From assembly GCA_963575745.1 (NCBI GenBank), contig CAUYUJ010000071.1:62001-118749 (forward strand): a stretch of 56,749 bases of DNA, written 5' to 3'. Source of the stretch: Prorocentrum cordatum (Eukaryota). Below, piece by piece: positions 39,801-49,700 of this stretch (within the stretch, counting starts at the first letter, position 1; the number at the start of each line of letters is the position of its first letter). The position numbers and the translations under genes were made by a program. The notes beneath the pieces are model-generated. The model had not been told where the DNA came from and did not search any database. It worked only from the letters and a program-made list of their open reading frames with translations.

Positions 39801-42800
39801 CTCTTCATATCGATCACCGTCAGGCGTGATGACGTATACTGTCGTCCCAGGCCCGCGCCACACAATGAGCCGCTCATGCCACACGTGCGCGCCAGGCACT
39901 CGATATCTGACGAGCGCCCAATGCAACTGGTGAGCCATATTCACGCAGTAGAGGCCTTCTTATCTCTGACGGCCCTCGCCTGGGCGCGGGCCGTTTCCTC
40001 GAAGCTGGCAGCAGGCGCCTCGGCGGCGGGGCTGCTCTCCGCCCTGCGGGCAAGCAGCGCGCCTCCTGCGGCACCGACGGCCAGGCCGACGGTCAGCGCG
40101 GCCGCCGCGTAGGCCGCGATGAGCCCCCCGCACGAGGGCTCGGGCACCTGGCCGCCAGCGCCCGCGCAGACACAGGCGGGGATGGCGGGGCAGGTGAGCT
40201 GCGGCGCGCAGGCCCCGCAACTCGGCGCGGCAGCGCGTGCCACCACGGAAGCTCCCACAGCCTGAGCCCCGTATCGCAGAATGTCTGAAAAAGATGCGAC
40301 GATGTCTTGCATGGGAGCCACACAAATTAAGACTTGAGCCGAGGCGGTTGCGGCACAGAGCATTGCAACGATCAAAGCACTACAAGCAGTTATATGATGA
40401 TGATGGTGATTATGGTGATGGTGATGGTGATGGCGACGAGGAGGGCAGAGGCAAGGAGGGGGAGGACGGAGGAGGAGGAGGAGGGGGAGGAGAAGGATGC
40501 GGGTACTGTCTCTTCAACACGAGGACCCAAGACCACAGGATAGTTGGGAAGAAAAGATTAGGAAACCATACTTATGACGGAACCGTGGCTTACAAAGGGC
40601 GCATCTGGCGCCGAGATGACTGCGAACTTGGTGCATATCGCTGACGATGGTATCCACTTCCCAGAGCTGCTCTGATCAATCCCAGCATGCCCCGCTCCCC
40701 AGGTGCAAACTAGAAGCTCGCGCCCAATGAGGGCGAGCACAGCTGTGGCACAAAATGCCAGTGGTGTGGCTGCTAGGGCTTGTGGCGGGCAAGCTGAGAG
40801 CTGTCCTTTTTCACGTGGCTGCCCTTTCTCGATCCTCCTCCGCCTCCTCCTCCTTCTCCTCCTCCTCCTCCTCCTCCTCCTCCTCCCCCTCCTCCTCCTC
40901 AATCAAGCCAGGGGCTCAAGCCTGGTCCAAGCATGGGGCTCGAGCGGGCGCCTGTGCTCCTCCCGGGGCTTGGTGTCCACTTGTGTGCAGCTGCGGCTTG
41001 AGGTCGTCGTTTTCCGCTCCGCGGCGTTCGGGGACAAAGCGGCGCAACACCACGTCTAACTCAGTCCTTCACCGTGGTGCTCGAGGTATTGGCGTGGTGG
41101 TTTCTCCGCCCATCCGTGTCGCACATTGTTCGTTGGTGCATCGCGAGCCTGCGCGCATTTCCACTGATATGGTCATTGTGCAGTTCGACGTTCTGGTGGG
41201 ATGCGGCTCAGGTGGATTTCCAATGGAAGGGCTTAAGGGATGAGCCGTGGTAGCTAACATTCACTTCGCCCTCGAGCCTGGTGTGCCCTGGTGCCTCATC
41301 GGCTTCTGGAGGGTTTCTTGGTGTGTCTGCTGCGATGTGGATGTGGCCTCTGGCCTAGGCTTTCTGCGTTGTTTTCTGTGTTGTCGTGCTGATGCAGGTG
41401 GAGATCTTCATCTATGTGTTGGCCACGCTTTATCCTCATGGGCCTCATCGTGCGGGTGAGGTTTGCACGCGTATCGCGTCTTGTTGTACGCGGCTACAGC
41501 ATGGGCGGTGTGGCGAGTCATAGCAGGCCAGCTCTGGTGCAGTACTTCGGCAAAGTGTTGACGCTGTGTTTTCTCAATAGTTTGTCTGGCTGGTGGTTGA
41601 AAGTAGCTTGCAGCTCGCTACACACCTTGTGAGTTTTGCTGGGCTGGGCATTGCGATTCAATCATAACGGACGGCACCGTATCGGGTGTGCTTTCATCAT
41701 TATCGTCTTCGCCTTTATTTCCTACGCGGTCATGAAGTGATCGGGCGGCCTACCCAGCAGGAGAACCCTTCCCTTTAGCGTAATCAGAATCAGAATCATG
41801 ATCTCCTCCTCCTCCTCCTTCTCCTACTCCCCTCCTCCTCCTCCTCCTCATCATCGTCATCGTCATCATCATCGTCATCATCATCATCAACATCATCATC
41901 ATCAGCAGCATCATCATCAGCATCATCATCACCATCATCATCATCAGTATCAGCATCATCATCAACATCATCCTTCTCTATTATCATCCCTTCTTCTCCA
42001 CCTCAGCATCGTCGACGTCATAGACATCATCGTCATCATCGTCATCGTCATCATCGTCATCATCATCGTGGCCCGCCGCTCCGGCGCCCACAGCCAGCCC
42101 GCCTCCGCCGACGGCCCTGGCCGGCGCCAGACCTGCGTTCGCGGCAGCCGCTCCAGCGGGCGCGACGTCAGCGCCTCCGGCCCCACCAGCTGAAGGGACG
42201 ATGGCGCCAGCCCCTGACCCAACGGCACCAGCAGGCAAAGACCCCAGCCACCGCCAAGAGCGCCGCGTCGTGCGCTGCAAGCACCGGCGTGGCCTGGGCC
42301 ACGAAGGCGGCAAGCTCGGCGGCCGTGAGCGGCTGGGCGAAGTCGTACACGGCGACGCCCGCTCTCGCCAGCGGCGGCGTGATGGTCCCGCCCTCGCGGA
42401 TGAGCGCGCGCCCTGGGCCGACCCTGTACCAGTGGCGGAGGTCGTCGTTGTCCTCGGTGAAGTACTCGACGAAGAGGCCGCGGTCTGGCGACACAACTCC
42501 TGCGTGGCGAACGTCCAAACCAACGATACCCATCACCGCACGCGCGTGAAGCAATGGAAGCCCTGCCACGCCATACGCCACAAACAATTGATATCCGACA
42601 TTCATAACCGGTTGGCCGTCGCAAGCAGCCCGCATCCACGAGCGACTCGACGAACGAGGACAATCGGCAAGGTGGCCAGGACATCCCTCGGCTCCGCCTC
42701 GATCCCTGCCAGCGGCCGCCGGCGGCAGCCCCGGCAGATCACGTTCCCCGCCGCCCTCAAGCAGCGCGAGGCGAGCACCCGCACCAGGAGCGGCAGGAGA

Positions 42801-43531
42801 CCGAACGAGACCTCGAAGCCCCAGGAGATCTCGTTCTTGACCGGCTCGGGGCAAGCCGGGCAGAGATCAGGCCACACCAGCTCCACGGGCGGCGCCGCCA
42901 CGGGCAAGCACCGCTCCAAGCCCGCGCACAGCTCCTCGGCCAGCGCGGGGGTCGGCGGTCCGGCCGCCGGGCAGCTCCGCGCTGGCGGGTCTGGAGCCCG
43001 CGCCGCCGAAGGCGACGCATGGCGACGGGCTGGCGCCGGCGGCGCAGGCCCGGCACGCGGCGCGAGCCACCACTGGCTCCGCCACGCGCTGCGCGCGTGG
43101 AACGCCGGCAGAGTCGCCGCCTGGCCCGCCTGGCGCAGCCATGCCGCGCCGAGGGTTCGGGCGGCCTCGGGCCAGACGGGTCGAGCAGGACAGGGCAACA
43201 CCTTGGACCAGGCAGAGCAAGAGGCCAGAGGGAGGCGACGAACGGCGACACGGCACAGCACACACAGCACACACAGCACACACAGACACACAACACAACA
43301 CAACACTACACTACACTACACTACACTACACTACACTACGCTACACTACACAACACTACACAACACCGAACGAGCGAGGACAAGGAGAAAAGGGCGGTAG
43401 CTGGCGATTCGAAAAAGGCTTGTGCCGAAGCGGTTGCGGATGCAGCCGCGCGGCCCGTTTCCGCATCACGACTACTGTTCTAGAACTGCCCATCAGAACT
43501 TTCTTCATCGTGTCATCGTCAGCATCATCAC

Positions 43532-43606
<75 letters not shown>

Positions 43607-43621
43607 AATCATCATCATCAG

Positions 43622-43680
<59 letters not shown>

Positions 43681-43690
43681 GCATCATCAG

Positions 43691-43741
<51 letters not shown>

Positions 43742-46700
43742 AATCATCATCGCCACCACCACCATCATCATCATCATCGTAATCAGCATCATCACCATCA
43801 CCATTATCATCAGCATCAGCATCAGCATCATCATCATCATAAGCAGCATCATCAGCATCATCATCTGCACTACCATCATCATCATACTCATCAGCATCAT
43901 CATCCTCAGCAGCAGCAGCATCATCAGCAGCATCATAAACGTTATCAACGATCAGTATCATCCTTCTCCTCATCATGCGTAGTTGTATGTGTTGCTCCCC
44001 TTGTCCACGTCCTGCCGCCCCTCCCTCCCTCCGCCCTCCCTCCCTCCTCTCTCATCCCCCTACATCCACACTTACACACTGTAAAAACTACTCTGCTGTC
44101 TCCCCTGACCATCCACCATCCCTCCCCCCTCCCTCCCCGTCCTTCCTCCCTCCCTCCCTCCCTCCCTCCCTCCCTCCCTCCTCTCCCCCCCCCCCCCCCC
44201 TCCCTCCCTTTCCCTCCCCCCCTCCCCACCTCCTCCCTCCTCCCTCCCTCCCTCTTCCTCCTCCTCCTCCTCCCTCCTCCTCCTCCTCCTCCTCCTCCTC
44301 CTCCTCCTCCTCCTCCTCCTCCTCCCATCATGCTCTCCCTTGCCTCCCCCCTCCCTCCCTCACCCTTCCCCCATTGTTCCCTCCCTCGTCCTCCGCCTGT
44401 TCTCCCCACCCCGCGTCCTTTTGCAGCTCCTTCACGACCTCCCCGCCCCGGCCGATGACCTCTCGGGCGGCGGTCCCGAGGGGAGGCGGAGGTCTCGGGA
44501 GGCCAGGAACATCGGCCTTTGGGCCTCGGGGGAGAGGAGGAGGAGGAGGACAACGGCGACGGCCACGGCGACGGCGACGGCGACGACGACGAGGCCGAGG
44601 ACCAGGACGACGAGGAGAACGGCGACGACGAGAGCACGAGGACGAGGGGGAGGACGCAGGGGGGGAGGATGCCAGGGCGCAGCCGTTGCCCGGCCCCCCC
44701 GCGGGCAGCCCCTTCCCGGCAGCGCGCCGCCCGCCCTCGTCGCTTTTTTTTCTGCTCGCCTGCACTGCGGCCCCGCAAGCGGCGACCGGAGGGGGAGCTT
44801 GAAAGAGGAGGCCTTCTCGGAGGGCGGCGGGGTGTTTCAGAAACGAGGAGGAGGAGGAGGAGGAGGAGGAGGAGGAGGAGGAGGAGGCCTCCGATCGTGA
44901 CAAGTTGTCTGCATCTTCGAGTAAGGCGTGGACAACTTCTCAGGAGGCCCGAGGCCTCGAGAGCCTCGCGAGAAGGCCCGCCCCGTCGCTGCTCCCCCCC
45001 CGGCTCGCCGCCGACGTGTGCGCGGCTTTGCGCGCTGGTCGCGTTCAAAACCGATGCGTAAATCCCACACGGCGACCTCCGTTCTTCAATACGTGGCGTC
45101 TGGATTTCCACAGAGAGGGGTGGGGTTGGGAAAGGAGGGAACACGTGTGCGCGGCTTTGCGCGCTGATCGCGTTCAAAGCCGATGCGTAATCCCACACGG
45201 CGACCTCCGTTCTTCAGTACGTGGCGTCTGGATTTCCAAAGAGAGGGGTGGGGTTGGGAAAGGAGGGAACAGGGACCGCTGCCGAGGACGAAGTAAGTCA
45301 GCAAGGGGAGGAAGGCGGGGCGGAGTCCGGAGGAGGACATGGAGGGGGGGGCAGCGGGGTCGGCTGGACGCAGCATTACACCACTCTGTGCGCCGATCAT
45401 TGGTTGACTCTGATTTCCCCACGAGCCCAGGTAAGCGCGGGGCGAGAGACCCTGCCCGCCCGCCCGCCTCAAACGAAGGGGTAAATGCTAAGCGACAGGG
45501 CCCCGAAGCGAAAGGGGGAGGAGCGGGGAGGGAGGGAACGAGGGAGAAAGAGAGAGAGGGAGGGAGGGAGAAAAAGAGAGAGAGAGAGGGGGACAAAAAA
45601 GAAATGTGCAGGAGAAGGGTTCGAGAGTTTCTGCGCGGTCCTGGGGCTCTGGCTTGGGGCAGGGGGCAAGCCCCGCCCGCACAACTTGGCGCGCGACCGC
45701 CGCGCACGCAGGAGCGCGCGACGCGGGGGGGGGGGGGGGGCCAAAGGAAAGAGGAGGAGGGGAGGAGGAGGAAGGAGGAGGAGGAGGAGGGGAGGAGGAG
45801 GATGAAGAGGAGGAGGAGGAAACGGAGGAAGAGCAAGAGGAGGATACGCGGTGGCCCGAGGTGTCTCGCCGTGGTGCCCTGTGGTGTCCAAATGGTGTCC
45901 CGTCGGTGTTCCGTCGGCGGTGGGCGGGCGGTGGCCCAGGGTGTCCCGCCGTGGTATCGATAGTGAAGGTCGATAGTGAGATCGATGAGGAGATCGCTGG
46001 AATGGGATCGATAGTGGAGTCGAACGTGAGATCGACAGTGAGGTTGATTGTGACACTGGTGGTGAGATCGATAGTGAGATCGATAGTGAGATCGATCGAG
46101 AAATCGATAGTGAGATCGCTAGTGGAATCGATAGTGGGATCGATCGCTGAATCCATTGGTACTAAGACTGGCCGCGAAGTCGATAGTGGGATCGGTCGAG
46201 TGAGAGCGAAAGCGGGGACGGTAGTGGCATTAAATCGCAGCGCAACATCGTTATCAGGCGTCGTCGCTGACTCGAGGGCGCGTCACCAGCATCGTCATCA
46301 TCAGACCCACCGCATTTGCCAGCAGTCGATTATTCTTCCCCCCGCCCCCCGAACCTCCTACTCACCCGAAGGGTGATCGTGGGGGTATACTCTGTGGCAA
46401 GATGTACGGGCAGCCGTGCAACAGGTGTGAGAGCGACTGGAGGAGCAGTGGGGTGGACAGAGAGAAGGCGGAATACGAGGGAGGAGGGAGTGAGGGGAGG
46501 GGAGGGAGGGAGGAAGGGAGGAAGGGAGAAGGAGAGGAGAGGAGTCGTACAGTCGAAACTTGTCCATCAGACCGTGGGTCAAGAACACGAGCCCCTTTGC
46601 AGAGGCCCAAATACCCGCGCAAACACTCCAGACGAAGAGCACTCCCGGGAGGAGAGCACACACACGAAGAACGGAAGGATACCCCTGGAGAGCTGGGGCT

Positions 46701-49700
46701 TGTTCTCAACCCTCATGCCAGCTGAGGGGGCCGAAGGCCCACCCTCATGAGAAGCACCCAGACAAGCGAAGCCGTGTGCTCAGTAAACTCACCCAAAGAA
46801 GGAACCGAATGGGGCAGGACTGCTTAGCAGACGCCCAGGGTGGGGGGCCACATGCGAACCCCACCCCTACCCCACAAGATTTTTGGGGGGGGAGGGTGGG
46901 GTTCACTTCGATCGGAAGCTCCCCCTCAGAAATCGTGGGGGGCAGGGGCAGGGCTCGCCTGTGGCCCCCTGCAGGGCTGTCTAGCAAACTTCAGCTACAC
47001 CGTGGGGGTCGCGGTGCTTCCGCCCCTCCGAGCCGTGCCGACCGGCCGGGCGGCGGGGCTCCTCGGAGGCCCTCCGACCTTCTTCTGCAGACCACTCTCT
47101 GTCTTCGGGGGAGGCTCAGAACAGTCCCCGGCAGGCCAGCGGACTTCCGAGCCTTCTCGGAAGGCCCGCGCCTTCCCCTCGCTTCCCCCCCCCCACCGGC
47201 TCGCCGCCGGCTTCTGCATGGCTGCGCGCGCTGATCGCACTCAAACTGGACGCGTGGTTCCACACGGCGCCCTCCGGCGCACTGCTTTCTTCGATACGTG
47301 GCGTCTGTAGTTAGGTCGGGCCTGTCCCCCTACAGGAGGATTTTGGACGGAAAAAAGCATAGTCAAAACATACTCCAACAAATATTCAAAGATAGTCAAA
47401 GACTCGTCCACTGACTATTTTCACTATTTGAACACTCCTCCTGTAGAGGGATGCCTGACTTACGTCTGGAGCTCCGCAGAGAGGGATGACTATTTTTACC
47501 TAACAGCGAAGACTGATAGGTTTCTAATGGTCTCAAAAGAAAGCATCATGACTCCCCAAAGGGGTCCGGGCGGCATCCGGGGAGAATCCGCGGAAATCGT
47601 TTTAAGCAAACAGTTACACACTTCGTGGTCTTCGAGGTCCCAGAACTCCATTCCCGGGCCACATTCTGAATGCCCGGAGCCAACTGTAGGCCACTTCGTG
47701 CTCTTCGAGTTCCCAGAATTCCATTCCTGGGCCACATTGTGAATGCCCGGAGCCAACTGTAGGCCACTTCGTGCTCTTCGAGTTCCCAAAACTTCATTCC
47801 CCGGCCACATTTTGAATACCAGGAGCCAGCTGTAGGCCACTTCGTGCTTCGAGTTCCCAGAACTCCATTCCAGGGCATGATTTTGAATGCCTGGAGCCAA
47901 CCGTAGGCCACTTCGTGGTCTTCGAGTTCCCAGAATTCCATTCCTGGGCATGATTTTGAATGCCTGGAGCCAACTGTAGGCCACTTCGTGGTCTTCGAGT
48001 TCCCAGAACTCCATTCCTGGGCATGATTTTGAATGCCCGGAGCCAATTGCAGGCCACTTCGTGTTCTTCGAGTTCCCAGAACTCCATTCCCGGGCCACAT
48101 TTTGAATGCTGAGCAGGCTGAGGCTGAGGCTGAGGCAGCTGAGGGCAGGCTGAGGCTGAGGCTGAGGCTGAGCAGGCTGAGGCTGAGGCAGGCTGAGGCT
48201 GAGGCCGAGGCTGAAGGCAGACTGAGGCTGAGGCTGAAGCAGGCTGAGGCTGAGGCTGAGGCAGGCTGAGGCTGAGGCTGAGGCTGAGGCTGAGGCTGAG
48301 GCTGAGGCTGAGGCTGAGGCTGAGGCTGAGGCTGAGGCTGAGGCTGAAGCAGGCTGAGGCTGAGGCTGAGGCTGAGGCTGAGGCAGGCTGATGCTGAGGC
48401 AGGCTGAGGCTGAGGCTGAGGCTGAGGCAGGCTGAGGCTGAGGCTGAGCCGAGGCTGAAGGCAGACTGAGGCTGAGGCTGAAGCAGGCTGAGGCTGAGGC
48501 TGAGGCAGGCTGAGGCTGAGGCTGAGGCAGGCTGATGCTGAGGCAGGCTGAGGCTGAGGCTGAGGCTGAGGCTGATGCAGGCTGAGGCTGAGGCAGGCTG
48601 AGGCTGAGGCTGAGGCTGAAGGCAGACTGAGGCTGAGGCTGAAGCAGGCTGAGGCTGAGGCTGAGGCAGGCTGAGGCTGAGGCTGAGGCAGGCTGAGGCT
48701 GAGGCTGAGGCTGAGGCTGAGGCAGGCTGAGGCTGAGGCAGGCTGAGGCTGAGGCCGAGGCTGAGGCTGAGGCAGACTGAGGCTGAGGCTGAAGCAGGCT
48801 GAGGCTGAGGCTGAGGCTGCTGAGGCTGAGGCTGAGGCTGAGGCTGCTGAGGCTGAGGACTGTTGATCTGCTGAATGCCTGCGACTGCGAGAACTACAGA
48901 ATTCGACTGCGAGAACAGCAGAATTCTACAACTGGATTCTCATCTGAATCTTAAGGGGAATGCTTCCAGATATGCTCCTACACATCGCTGTTAGGTTGCT
49001 TTGCCGGGATAATGTTACTATTTTTTGAATTTTCCTCCTGTAGAGGGACACACACGCCCGGCCCCTCTCCCTTCCCCCACACGCTCGCCGCAGCCCTCAA
49101 CCCCCATGCCAGCCGCAGCCCCTTTCGCCCCTCCGAGCCTTGCCGACCAGCGGGCCAGCGGGGCTTCTCAGAAGCCCTCCGGCCTTCTGATCCTCCTCCT
49201 CCTCCTCCTCCTCCTCCTCCACCTCCTCCTCCCTCCTCCTCCTCCTCCTCCTCCACCTCCTCCTCATCTCCTCGTTACATTCTCGACATCATCACCACCA
49301 CACCACCACAATCATCGTCACCGTCCTCCTCCTCCTCCTCCTCCTCCGCGCCTCCTCCTCCTCCCTCCTCCTCTCTCGTTTCATTCTCGACATCATCACC
49401 ACCAACACCACCACAACATCGTCACCCGTCGTCATCCTCCTCCACCTCCTCCTCCTCCTCCTCCTCCTCCTCCTCCCCTCCTCCTCCTCCTCCCTCCTGC
49501 CTCCTCCGCCACTTCCTCTCCTCCTCCTCCTCCTCCTCCTCCTCCTCCTCCTCCTCCTCCTCCTCCTCCTCCTCTGCCCCCGATCGGGTGGCGATCCAGG
49601 CGCGCCCTCTTGGATCACCTCAGGCATACAACATTTCTCAACTGCCGGATAGTCAGGAGATCGCCTGAGGGACTCGCGCGCCGTGGAGTTGTTCGGGAGG

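Larger units (their letters stand above)
33994..40398 (-). mobile_element. full-length tyrosine-recombinase retrotransposon (DIRS order, split-direct-repeat PAT/Ngaro-type architecture)
   Basis: A1-ORFs-B1-A2-spacer-B2 repeat layout; uninterrupted gag-like, RT/RNaseH and YR ORFs. Confidence 0.95.

Noticed and set aside
33994..40398. Prophage/integrative element or LTR retrotransposon interpretation
   Set aside because: No LTR pair, DDE integrase or phage genes; RT plus DIRS-type RNaseH plus YR with split direct repeats fits the DIRS order
42201..43400. 399-aa plus-strand ORF (and similar antisense ORFs over the YR element and LINEs)
   Set aside because: Antisense shadows of GC-rich minus-strand coding sequence with no motifs
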